Origin: Trichinella spiralis
Lineage: Eukaryota
Length of the DNA: 64,000 nucleotides
Assembly: GCF_000181795.1 (NCBI RefSeq)
Contig: NW_003526943.1
Coordinates: forward strand, 10,536,789 to 10,600,788
Reading direction: 5' to 3'
A program made the position numbers and the translations under genes. This document shows, piece by piece, positions 16,101 to 29,063 of this stretch (positions within the stretch are counted from its first letter, which is position 1; every line of letters begins with the position of its first letter). The notes beneath the pieces were generated by a model. The model searched no databases and was not told the DNA's origin. It worked only from the letters and a program-made list of their open reading frames with translations.

Positions 16101-19100
16101 AAGCTTAAAGCAAGACCATGTATGCGATTGAAATTTTCTTTCTTTCAAATTGCCAAGGAAGCTAATTGTCATAAAAACAATAGCTGCATTGAAAACAGTT
16201 AAATGGAATTATTGAATTTGTTTTTATCAATAGATTTAACAATTCATTCTTGTCATGCAAACCCGTAGGAGGAAACAACATTTTGGCACGACAGTAACTT
16301 TCCAAAAGTCACAATTGAAATAATTTCTTCTTTAATTTAAAATTAAAGATATTGAATATTCGCTTCCTTATAAGGCGCTTTTCAAATTTTTCACTAAAGA
16401 TATTTTTATCCTCTCAACTTGCACAAAAGTTAACCATGAAAATCGTTAATAAGAAAAATATTTCAAGAAGACATAAATTCATCACAAAAATAATAAGCAA
16501 TTTTGCTTAAAAAATACAATTTATGCCACCTACATGTACTTGAAGCAGTACAAAGAAAAGCATGCATTAAAATACTGTTGCATGCAGAGAGAAGATTCGA
16601 TAAATAAGTATCAAAAATAAGTCAAAAATTTATTCCGTTACTTTTAAAAGAGGAAACAGAAAAGAGAAAAAAAATTACCGGCTGGAAGAACAGTAATAAA
16701 AAACCGCCTGACTTTGTTCGGTCATGTTCAAACTTTGCCACTTTGTTAAAGAAATTAAATATCAAAGAAAGAGGCACTGTCAGATGTTGATGATAAAATT
16801 ACGTCCATGTGAATTAAATTGAATTTCAACTTTTTTCAAAACAATATATGCACATTACAACACTATCTGTAAATGTCTTAAAATGATTCAGGAGCGGGAA
16901 AATTTTTTTCTACAATTCCAATCTCTGATTTACCAAATAAACTGCTCAATAAAGATAATCAAGTACCAAACATTTTATTTCATCCTCGCACCAAGGCAGT
17001 TGTAGGGAGTCAACAATTTTATGTGCCGTCTGGTAATACTCCGCAATTTCTCAAGGGAATACTCAACAGGCATTTGGAGCATCAATTATAGATTTTGACC
17101 TTTTCGTCAATCACTATATACTACATCATTGCTGAAATGCAATATTGATTTCATCGATATTTGCAGAAGCGGCGCATTTTGTGTTTGCAAGATTTAGACG
17201 GATGATGTTAATTTGCATCTATGCTTCATCGAATGTGAGCATCAGATGATGCATAAAATGTTATTCATTAAGAATAACAACAATAACAAATAGCTTACCT
17301 TTGAAACGGAGCTTTAAAATATCTGCAAGGTTCAAGATTCATCGTTGTATAACTAAATAACTAGCAATCAGTTCACATATAACGTACGAATTGAGAATTC
17401 GTCAAGTAAAAATAAAAGGAAGTTCGATCTCTGCAGTTAGTTAGATTCAATAAATTAATAATCAAAAATATGTCAATTTTCAAAGCTAAAAATGGTAAAT
17501 AGTGTGTGCTAAGGATGGCAATTCAAATTAACATCGCCAACAGAAGCTGAAGGGCTTTTCAGGATAACCGTGCCTAATTAGCTCAAACTTCACATCCATT
17601 CTAATGGCAATAAAATCAGCAATCAGAGTAAAAAAGAAAAGAAGTTCCACGATGGGAAAATTGTAATAACCAATGAGGGCGGAAATTGACTCAATGTAAG
17701 GCACGCGACATTGATCCGTGTTTTTGGTTTATTAAGAAAAATTATTGACAAGTGGCAACAAGAGCGATTACATCTAGCTGCAGTTAGCTAGTTGTGATTG
17801 TTATTAGCCAACGTCGATATAAAATAGATATTAGTAAGTGAAGAACAGATCTCACTCTTTTTCTCGTCTGGTACATCATGTCGAGAAAAACAAATGAGAC
17901 TGTTTATGAATACGCCAAATTATGCCCTGTAAGCGGAAATCTTTTCTAATAGTAATATCGTGGATAATCCCCTTTGGCAAAACGTCTCTTGGTCAATAAA
18001 TATAATTTTCCCAGCTGATTGAGATTGAGATCAAGAAAGACCATCTGCCAAGCTCGTGCAAGCTTACTTGTCAAATGGCAAAGCTTATTAAACAGTGCCA
18101 TTTATGCTTTTCTTAAATTTTCTTATGAAAGAAATTTTGACCAAATCATTGATTGTATATTGATTACATCAACCAGAATTTTTTCTAAATAAAAGTTATT
18201 ACAAATTTATGCTTTTGCTACTCTTCAATTTCACAGAATCAAAATATTATTTTACTGATAGCAATTTTTACACCGTTATGCAGGGCATAGGCAATAATGC
18301 TTACAGATAAAAATGTATTTGCAACCGTTACAACAAGAAGTTAAGAAGAAAATGTATGATTTTGAACACGGATGTGGTTTTGAATAAGGATAAAGCGTTT
18401 TACATTTAACAAATTGATCACCATATAATATTATAATATTATAAAATTCTAATTAATAATCTAAAGTAATTATAATGTGATTTCTGTTAACATTAAAAAA
18501 TTAAATTTTGATTTTTAATTTCATAAATGAAATATTGTAAATTTAATGACTTTCATTAAAATATTAAAAAAAAATTATAAATTTGTTTCATCAAATAGTA
18601 TTAAGTAAGGTAAAAAAAGCCGCAAATTCATCAAAAGCAATGCAACAGCAAAGTAGAACCATATCTTAAAACTGCACTTAACAAGTAAGCATATTTCATG
18701 TTATATTATTATTATGTCAGTATGTCATTAGAAAGTAGAAGGATTATAACTGTTTCCACTTCTAATAGATAGTAAATTTCCATTTAATTATAATGACAAT
18801 AATATTAATTCAAAAACAACTTAAAAATTAATTAAGTGATTATAATATTTTTATAATAAGATAAATAATAATGCACTATTTTTTACAAATTTAAAATGAA
18901 GGAAAATCTATAAAACAAAACATCAAACATGAATTGTAAATCAAAACTGCATAGATAAAATAAGATTAGTAAAAGTAGAATAAGTAATTTTTGCTCGAAT
19001 TTGGCATTAAAAATATAATTATATTCTAATGCAACATAACTGATTAATTAATAAATATTACATCTAATAGTTAACATCTGTTGAAGTAATAACTGTAACA

Positions 19101-20810
19101 AGTAATAATTATGTAGGAAGTAACAATCCTTTCGTAATTCTAAGATATTTTGAAATTTAAAAAAATTTTTGAACAATACGAATGAAATTGCATGTTAGTA
19201 TTACAAAATCAATTGTAAATTATTTATCATATGCTTGGCTTTAATGGCAAAGCATTAAAGCATATTTTCTGTTTCATGATTTCATTGTTCATTATTACAA
19301 AAGAAATAAATAAATGAGCTCCATGTTTAAGAAACTGTCAATATTTTTACTTTTAAACTATGGCATGAAATAATATTATTAGTAAAAACACCGCTTCTCA
19401 AGGATACACTTAATGCCTATCAAAAATTTATGCACCACTTTGTTTTAATCAAGCATCTTTTTTCTAAAATACACTGATTTATGCCAATTTTGTAGCATGA
19501 AACTGATCTTTTTCTACTTATCTGAATTGATTACTACATAGTAGTTGCAACAAATTTTCTAAGCAGTTAAAAAACATATTTTATGCTTCTAAAATTCAAA
19601 ATGAAAATTAATAAAGCATAAAATTTGCGTAACTCAACAATTTAAGGCCACTCTATTGATCATAAGATTATTTTTAAAAGGCTTTCCATTTTCATTAGTT
19701 CCTCAGGTGATGTATGTACCTTGAATAATTTCTTTTTCAAAAATTTTATAATTCTTATTGAGCAAGCTGTGATTGCACAAAATTTGATTTTAATTAAGCT
19801 TTCATTTTGAAATATCACTAAAGTGCAATTTCTTGGCAAATTCAGCAGAAAAAGCAGTGGTAAGAATTGTTTATTAGGCTAAATCATTTTACACCATCTT
19901 TTTTGCTTCATCACATAACTGCAATTTCTGTGAATCTATTTTATAAAATTCAATTTCATAAAATTATTTAGAAAAACTACAAATATGCTAACTTTGTGAT
20001 ACTGGATTTACTTATGAAGCATCTACCATTATAATGATCTTCTGTCACCAGAAGCATATTAAAAAAAATATTTTATCAAAATATATTTGAAATTCTTTTT
20101 TAAGTCAAACAAATAATACATAAAAGCATACCCATTACAAGTTTTTGCTTTCATATTTTTTTAAAATTTGATTACATTTCATTTTTTGCATTTATTCATT
20201 TGCTGCAAAATCAGATTTTAAATTCAAAGGCTTAGCGAATGGAAATTTGCCTGACATTATAAGAATTGATAAAATCTATCTAAATTAAAAGAAAATAACT
20301 TATTTAAAAATCCAAGCATCATTTAACATTGTAAAGCAATAAACAAACTAGTAATTATTTACAAAGTGTTTTATAACAGCAGAAAATATGCAAAATTACT
20401 ACGGCATGATTTTTCAACTAGAGTTTCATAATTATTTTTTTAGCATAATATATGTTAAAAAATTTCAGTTATTAATATAAAAATATAGTAGAATAGACGT
20501 ATAAGGCTTGGAATCTCTCATCAAATTTTTTGATATTTACCAGACACAAATATATAAACACCAAGCTGTATAAAAATTTTTCTTTAGGTAAATCTGATCA
20601 GGCAATATGATCATAAACTTATTGCTTATCATCTAGTCATCATTTCACAACAAAGTTACTGTATTTTGAAATTTTCAAATTTAAAATCGCAATTTTCATT
20701 TTACTGACATAATTTTTTATTTTTCATAAACAAATGCTTCGTTAGATTTGCTTTTATGTATAGTAAATAGAGTCATCAAAAAAAGGATTTTTAATTAAAT
20801 GAATAAATTT

Positions 20811-20833
20811 TATTATATATATTATATATATTT

Positions 20834-20864
<31 letters not shown>
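20811..20864. repeat. (TA)n microsatellite, imperfect
   Basis: Direct reading. Confidence 0.9.
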
Positions 20865-20867
<3 letters not shown>

Positions 20868-22554
20868 AACATTTCTTAAAATATTATTGAAAATTGTTTC
20901 CGCCTATTATTAATATTCAGTTTGATTAGTGAAAGTTGTATATCTTAGAATAAATTAAACTTCAGTGAGATTTATTGCGCAGGTTGGGTACAATTATATT
21001 GTTCAATAATGCTTATGACAGCAATAACTACTTAAGTGTATAATATTCGATAGAAAGAAGTAAAATTAATGATGCTAAGTTTTACTGTATGCATTAATTA
21101 AAATGTATTGTTAAGTGTTATTGTGTGGCATATAGTTGTCAAATTATATACCTTTGTTATTGCTAAGCGTAATGACTCCATATTTTCTTCATTTCTTCGA
21201 CACAGATATAATGCATGCTTATGGTGAAGATAATACATAATTGGTTTGTTTTAACATAACTGCAAAAAGTAAGTAATTGTTTGCAAATTTGTCAAGCCCT
21301 TAAGTAAATAATTAAACTCTTACACGTACACACATGTGCTGGCGGGTGTGTGTACGTATATGTACGTGTGCATAAATAAATGTAAAATATTATTTTTGAT
21401 ACAAATATTATGAAATTCGATATTTTTCAGATTAATCATTAGCATTCTAACTGAAATTGTAATTTGTATCCATCAGGTAAGTTATTAAAAAGAAAAACAA
21501 TTATATTCAGAAAATTTTAAATATTTTTCATAATTCTGATGTATTATTTACAAATCTCAGAATATTCATTAAATAGCGTTTGTAATTTGCATAACTGTTT
21601 TTTAGAGAAATTTATGTAATTAATATTTGATTTAATTTAGCTAACTGCAGTATTAATTATAAGCATATTGCATGCTGTGACAGGCAATTGAAGATTATTT
21701 AAATTACAGAATATTCAAAAGTCAGCTTTAAGATTCAAAAGTTGATTTTGAAATGGTATTTTTGATTGTAATAATATCTGTTTTGTGCCTTATTTTATGT
21801 TTCATTTAAAATTGGGGTAATATTTATGATGCCATCGTAATAAAAAAATGTCACTTTAGCAGAAACTTAATGAAACATTTAAAAAATGCTCACAGCTGAA
21901 TATAAATAAATACATAAAATGAAAATCAGCTTATTTAAATAGAAAAATGAAAAAAAGTAACTGTTTGATTTATCGTTTGCAACACTAATTATAATGAAAC
22001 ATTTTTTAAAATATTATAAATTTTAATTTTTGATGACATTTTGATCTAAATTTATCAACACTTTTGAGAAGACAGTTGTTGTGCTTCATCTAAATTTGGT
22101 AAAGAGAACATTACATTAGCAAGATTAAAAAAAATTGACTGTTGTCGAAGATAAATAAAAATAAATAATTTCCTCTAGAAATACTTTTCTTTTCCTTGTA
22201 ATTAGTTTTCTGTTTCAACTAATTTCAGTATTTTTTATATCATAAGATTATGTCAAATAAATTATAATTGATTTGCTTATTTTCTGTAAAAATAATTTCT
22301 TTTCTTTTGACATATAATGAAGAATTTTGTTACTGGTTATCATCAATTTATTTTTATACACAGCAGCTTCTCAATTATTCCTGTATTCAGATTAGTGCAA
22401 TTTGTTCGTAAAACACAAAATTATGACATTATTTTTATTGGTTATTTAACAATATTTATATTGGTTTATTATAATTTTGATTTAATGATTATTATGAAAC
22501 AGTTTATTTTCCAACTTTCAGAATACCGTCTATGTACCAAAGAAGCAATATTCC

Positions 22555-23891
22555 ATGTCCAGTTCGTTTATACTAAATCACGATGAAAGTCATGCTAACA
22601 ACACTTTAGATTTCATTCCAGACGACAGATACAAATTATTATACCACTGGTTTTTTGTTTTTTTGAATGGTATTTCCCTTATTCTGCATTGCATCTTTAT
22701 TACAATAAGGCTTTTGGAATGGAAAGAAATAAAGAAATATCAAATTTACATTACAGGTGATATGCTCTTTGTAATATGAAATATTTTTATTTTCAATGAA
22801 ACGATTAAATAAAAATGAAGCATTTTGATATTTTCATCCATAAATGAAAGTATATTTGCTTATTCTGATTTTTGAAATTTATTTCATTTGCATTAAATTC
22901 TGTCAAAATGATCAAACTGCAATTACAATGAGATTATGAAAATTATCTGAAGGGAAGCGCAATGTAATGCTTGCTTTAATAATGTACGATCACTTATATT
23001 ACATTCATTAACAAAAGTATATATATATATATATTATTAAATTGATTCATTTTAGGGTACTCTGTTGGACTTGGGACTTTTTCGTTAAGTTTACTGCTAC
23101 GATATGTAAATCGCATTTATTACTATTATGAAAATCGACAAACAGCGCTTGAATGTTTGCTAAGCAGCCCGTGGATGAGTTTGTACATGCCAAGCGTGCT
23201 GTTTCTCAACTTTTGCATGCTTTTTTTATCAACCGATCAGCTGCTGACAATGATCTCCCTGACAAAACTGAAATCAGAAAGAAAACGAACAGTAATGCAT
23301 CAGCTAATTTTTTCAGCAGTTATTTCCGCATTATCTGCCGTATGGCTGTGGACAAGTGCATTTCTGAATTCCAATAAGCTGCTTTCAAGACCCGGCTGCA
23401 ATTTTTCTTCAGTCGTCACTTTTGCCTACAATGTTGTTCTTCATTTCTTTTGCGCTCTTATGGGCTATTTAACTATTTTCATATTTCTTTGCATATATCT
23501 ACTTCTGTGGAAGCATCATAAAAATACTCTAGTTGCTTCAACTGTGCGCTACAAACGTGCCGTGGCAGTCACTAAACGGGTGTCAGTTATGGTTTTAATG
23601 ACATTCGTTTTGCAGAGCATCCCTGTAACTTTTACAATTGTTTATTATTTTACCAAGCAAGGCTTGAAGTTGAGAGATTTTTCTTGGATATCCGAATCAA
23701 TTTGCTTTCCATTTGCTGCTGTATTTTTTATTTTTACTGAAACTCGACTGGGTAATCAATTTACTTATCAAATGCGCCAATTTATTTGCTCGAAGAAGAT
23801 TCAGCCCGCTTCGACGCAAACAATAAACCAACGAGTGAGACTGAATTCATTAGGCAATAAGACTGCTAACAACTTCCCATCAAATACATGA
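22555..23891 (+). CDS. 7TM chemoreceptor-like GPCR (Srsx-like), paralog A. Exons 22555-22756 and 23056-23891; may extend upstream via the acceptor at 22520-22521
   Basis: About seven hydrophobic segments, N-terminal NNT sequon, EC..C-type loop Cys, MLFLSTDQL at the end of TM3. Phase-1 intron in ITG|YS, the same position as in paralog B. Confidence 0.75.
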
Positions 23892-25210
23892 TGATCAGAA
23901 TTGTTTAAAATAATCACTTTTTAAAATAATTTTATCTATATTACACATAATACGGGATGTTTCAATTATTGAAATGATATACTTTTAATATTACCAATAT
24001 GCACCACTGTAGATTGCATTGGAATGTTCGTCATATTTTTTTGTAGTGAAAAATTTATATTTTTAAAAATAAAAAATTGTTCTTTATTATATACTTAAAT
24101 CTTAAATATGACAAGAAATATTCAATTCATTTGTTATTTCATTACTGCATTTTGTATTTGTCATATTTGCATATTGTCATTTTTACTTATTAGCTGCATT
24201 TCAACAGATAATGCTGACGTAAATAAAATATTATTGCACGAATAATTGATGCAGCTTTGATTTTAAAAAAATAAAAATATTAAGACGCTTTTCTTGAATA
24301 AATAAATTTTTACGCTTTACTTGCTTCGACATGGTTAGGATTTTTCTTATTAAATGCTCCATTCATTGAGTACTTTATAAGTAAATTTATTTAATTACTG
24401 TCTTTTATATTAATTTACTATTTATTATTGTCTTTTATACCGTCTTTTATATCTTTTCATTTTCAACGAAGCAAGCATAATGATCATATTGTCAACAGCA
24501 CCTAAAATTATGAATGAAAAGAATATGCATTCTATATGCAATACACTAATTCATATTTGCTTTTTAGAATGTGGCTGTTTGCAGTGATTTATTTAAATAA
24601 TTCAGAATAGCTGATAAAATACAATTTTGTATTACGAAAGTAATTTACAATTTCGTAAATGATACGCACATACGTTCTGTTATGATATCATGAAAGTGTT
24701 CATATTTCTATTTATTCTGAGCGTTAAATTTCAAAGTTCTACAGGTACTAACTATTATATTATAAAATTTAAGCATTTAAACAACTTTATGTTATTATTT
24801 AAGATCAGTTTTAATAAATGGTTATCCATGATTTTTAACAAATAATGATGCATGCCAAAGTCATATTTTTTTGTAACTCTCATTTACGGTGTTTTATTAA
24901 CTAGATAGTTATTTCATCACAGTGGAACTTAAATCTATCTCTTACTTATAGGAAGATAGGATCTTATAGGAAATGTATGGAGTATTATTATTTATAATAT
25001 TATTAACTTTTTGCAATTATTAAATGCTTTCTTTTGCCTCATTCATCTGATCTTTTTCATATGTACATTACTTTAAAATGTTAAAAATGTAAAACGTTAC
25101 TTACATATTCACCTTTTTTATAACACTATATTGTTTTTAAATTAAACAACTGACAAATTGTTGTTTAGTAGAAATTTTCAAAGACTTTTAATCTGTACTA
25201 AATTATTTAG

Positions 25211-26440
25211 CGCAATGGGGTTATGATGGATACACTTATGGTGGTTATGGAGGGTTAGGATATGGATATGGTGGTCATGGATATGACAGTTATGGATACG
25301 GTAGTTATGGATACGGTAATCCGTATCCTAGTGGCTTTTATCAGCAGTCTCCATTTATTGTGCAACAGTTACCTTCTTATACGTATGGAAATATAGGAGA
25401 TCAATCTGGTTTTCAGTATTACAATCCTCAAATGTATCCTGATTACAGCCAACCTGGAAGTGGATCTAATGGGCAAAACAATGCTGCAACAGACGGCCAA
25501 TGTAAAGCAATGTTTGTACTCAAAATGCAAGAATTTTTTAAATAATAATTTATATTTTAATTATTTAAGCAAAATTTAATGAAATTTATTATGTAAACTT
25601 ACATAAAATGATAATGCTATTAGTTATAATTATTTCTATGTAAATTAAGTTTCATGTTTTAATTTGCAACTGAAAATTTCTTAATTTTTTTTCATTGTTG
25701 GTATGCTTTTTTAAAATTAGCTTGCACAAGTCAAGCAGACTGCGGAAACAAATCGCTATTTTGTGTATCTGGTCAATGTCAGTCCATGGAACCTACTACT
25801 CAGAAATGTAATAGCAATGAAGAATGTCCAAGTGGTATTTGCAAAGCACGCTTCTGCTGGGGTCCTCCGGGTATTTAAGTGTTGACTTTTGTTTTGAAAA
25901 GATAATTCATTATATACATATGTATATATGTATGTATGTATGTATATGCATAATTCAGGAGCAAGCTCTCAAACCCCTGATCAGCAGCAACCAGATCAGA
26001 ATCAGAATACCCAGCAGCCTGATGGTCATTGCAATACACAAGATGACTGCAGCGCCACGCAGATGTGCTCAAAAGTTACAGCGAATACATGTGTAAAAGG
26101 GTATTCAATTGAAATTACATGTTCAAGTGATAGCGATTGTGATAAAAAGGATGTCTGCAAGGCTGGAACTTGCTGGAAGGAAGGAGGTTTACAGATATAA
26201 CAGTTTCCGTTTAAATTATTTGTTTAGAATAGCATACCTTTTAAATTTTTAGAGCCAGGAGGCGGAGAACCAGGTGATCCTTGTAAAGATCACGGTGATT
26301 GTTCTATCAAGTGCATTTGTTTAAAAAAGAAATGCACTCTAGCAAAACCATCTCTTCAGAAATGCGTGGCAGATTTTATGTGTGGGAAAAACAAAGGCTG
26401 CAAATATTTTCATTGTTGGGAAAGTCTAGGTAAGCGCTGA
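25211..26440 (+). CDS. Orphan, probably secreted protein: Gly/Tyr-rich N-terminal region plus three 8-Cys modules ending in CW. Exons 25211-25501, 25721-25870, 25959-26186, 26253-26440; first (signal peptide) exon unresolved
   Basis: Spliced translation xQWGYDGYTYGGYGGLGYGYGGHGY...SCTSQADC...CW...HCNTQDDC...CW...PCKDHGDC...CWESLGKR*. All junctions are GT-AG phase 1. Confidence 0.8.
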
Positions 26441-27470
26441 GCACTTTATATCAAAACTAAATTTTTATTATTACTGTTTAACATAACAAATTTATCATTA
26501 GCTAAATTCATACCAACATATAACTTAATATATGTTGAGCAGTTGAAATATTTTTAATATTAAGAAAAACATAATTGTAAGAGCGCTGTGTAATACAATT
26601 TTCAATTGTAAATTAGCATACATACGTTTAACAATAAATTTAATGATGAAAAAGGCATAAGAAACAATTTTATACAAATATTACTGTATAATTATGTTGA
26701 TATTATTTTCTAAATTGTTAGTTGTAAATTATTAGCTAACTTCAAATGATCATCTATCTAGGAACTTATCGTGACAATTTGTCAGAACTATAGGTTAACA
26801 ATATTGCTTACTGCCTCTGAATTCTGAGCAAAATTGAAGCGAGTTTATTTAGCCATTTTAAAACTATATGCTCTATTAACACAAAGATATATCTAAAGAT
26901 GCATTAATTAGTGAAAAAGATCTGTCTTTTAAAGTGAATATTTATATTTTGAACATCATGTTACTGAACTCAATAAATGAATGTCGCTCCCTATTGAGTT
27001 GTACTCTAAATTATTGGACGTCTTTTTATTAGATTATTAAGCTATCTGTTAAAGGATAATTTTTATTTAATAAGCTTATATGATTATTATCTGCAGAAAT
27101 TAGCATTTACCTTGATTTTATTTAAAGAAAACTTAATAATAGAAAAACATTTAATGATAAATGAAGAGATGGTTGAGCATACTGAAAATTTATCATTGCT
27201 AATTCAAAAAAAACGTAAAGTATAATATATTTTATTTTTACTGCCAGTGGGTACAGGTGAAACAGATAAATATATAGGAATATGGATATAGAAATAAATG
27301 ATGTTCAAATGAAAAATACAGCATAAATTTGAATTGATGCAAATATATGCAGTAAATACTGATACACTCGAAAACGTGTTTTATATGACAAAAATTTGAT
27401 TTGCAAATTCTTTTAAAAGATGCTTGACGATGTGTATATTGCTGTGTAAGTGTTTCAATGACTTTCAAGT

Positions 27471-28037
27471 TTAATCTTTTGACGGGTAACGTTTGGCAAA
27501 CTTTTCATACATCAAGTTGTGCGTATTATATTTTGGAGAGAAAGTCACTGGCAGTTCTTTATCAAGGCATTTTTTGGCAACTGCTTTATCAGAAACTGAT
27601 GGTATAGGAATTCTTTGTTCTGCCACCCATTTTTTGCTCGTAGTTCTTGTCTGTACTTTAATGAGGGCTTGCTCATCTTGATTTTTCATCTTTATTGTCA
27701 CGTCTGTAGCTGTGTTTGTGGTGATACTGCTCTGACGGCTTGATTTGTCCTATATTAAATTTTATTTCAATTGGATAATTTGGGAAAAGTTTTACTCATA
27801 CTTTTGAGGAAATTGAATATCTGTCTGCAGTATAAGTTGCTTTGAATGTACAGGTTTTTCTTAAACTGTTATGATGATCATTAGAAGCATTCGCCATTGA
27901 AGAATTCAAATCAAATTCGTGTATAGCAGAGTTGCTTTGAAATCGGAAAATGAAAGCTTGCTTGTACTCCCAGTCTTAAATAGCTGAGATGCTGTTGTCA
28001 AACTAATGATGAGATAAACAACTGCTGTTTTCATCAT
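27471..28037 (-). pseudogene. Orphan secreted-type gene with an apparent 1-nt frameshift after the signal peptide (or an assembly error). Exons 28037-27802 and 27749-27471
   Basis: MMKTAVVYLIISLTTASQLF is signal-peptide-like. The long frame (DWEYKQAFIFRF...RQIFNSSK) begins after a TAA at 27976-27978 in another frame. It splices through a 52-nt GT-AG intron into DKSSRQSS...RYPSKD*. Confidence 0.5.
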
Positions 28038-28775
28038 AAATTACAATATTCAATTGTAAAGCTGTCATCCTTTGATAACTGCAAGACGACACCGCATTAT
28101 TTCATAAATTGTGACAGTTTTTGCTGAAGGAAATTTTCACATAATCTTGAAATTCCAAACAACTTTGGAAAATTTTTATAAATTTTGACATTAACTGATA
28201 ATAGCTATCAGTTTAAAAACGGTTGATTGAACTGAAATTTAGCTTTCAATGCGGCTGTTTTTCAGAAAGCAAAACTAAATAAAGTAGTGGAATCAATTTA
28301 TCAAAATCGAATTTAAGCTGTTTCACAAACAATTTTATGTTAAGGAAAGTGCACAAATTGAATATATATGTTAAAAGTTAACTGATGTTTTACGTTTTAC
28401 CTTGGAAATGCAAATTTTAAAAATACCTATTGTCACCTACATGTGGGCTTAAAGTTTAGCCCCAGCTGTATTAGATCTCTTGCTCAGAGTGATCTTATTT
28501 TACTTTTGCTCAGAATTCGTTAAGTCTTATCTCTGTTGAATTATGCACTTCATATATAAACTCGCCTCTGTTAAACCCTTTGAATATATACAAGGCACTA
28601 GTGAATTATTGTAGCTTATAATGGTTGACTTTGGACCATACTTTTCTCATTGACTTCACATAGCATTCTTAATTGTAAAGACTTATTAACCTTCTCACGA
28701 GCATAGTATTACAAATATAAATGTTGTTGCTTTCACGGTTATTGACTAGCTGTATAAAGTAACCGACCACCAAAA

Positions 28776-29063
28776 CTATTGGTTAATGCTATGCAGTTGC
28801 TCTGCCCAAGCCAGGACTTGTTGTAACAGCAACTTCATTGGCAGACTTCTATTTGCATCTATATCCAGGTCCATGTGCTTGTGCATTTGGCTTGTAAAAG
28901 GAGGAACATTGTATACATAAGATAAAACAACAGCATTAACTTTAAACAGAAAAGGAAGTAAAAGAAAACAACTAATGCTGATGAAAATAACTTTAAATGA
29001 TATAATTTAAATTTAATTTATAAATAAATTAAAAAATAAGAAAAATAAACTTGAATCTTGCAT
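28776..29063 (-). CDS. Small orphan secreted protein, about 75 aa (or a truncated pseudogene). Exons 29063-29051 and 28990-28776
   Basis: A 60-nt GT-AG intron joins MQDS to IIFISISCFLLLPFLFKVNA (signal peptide with a V-N-A cleavage motif), followed by VVLSYVYNVPPF...EQLHSINQ*. Not in the supplied ORF track. Confidence 0.5.

Noticed and set aside
17697..17707. TAAGGCACGCG, matching the first 11 nt of miR-124
   Set aside because: The 3' half does not match and only a 7-bp local stem is present, not a pre-miRNA hairpin.
21324..21357. 11-bp perfect hairpin stem
   Set aside because: Made largely of CA/TG microsatellite-like sequence; too short for a pre-miRNA or MITE.
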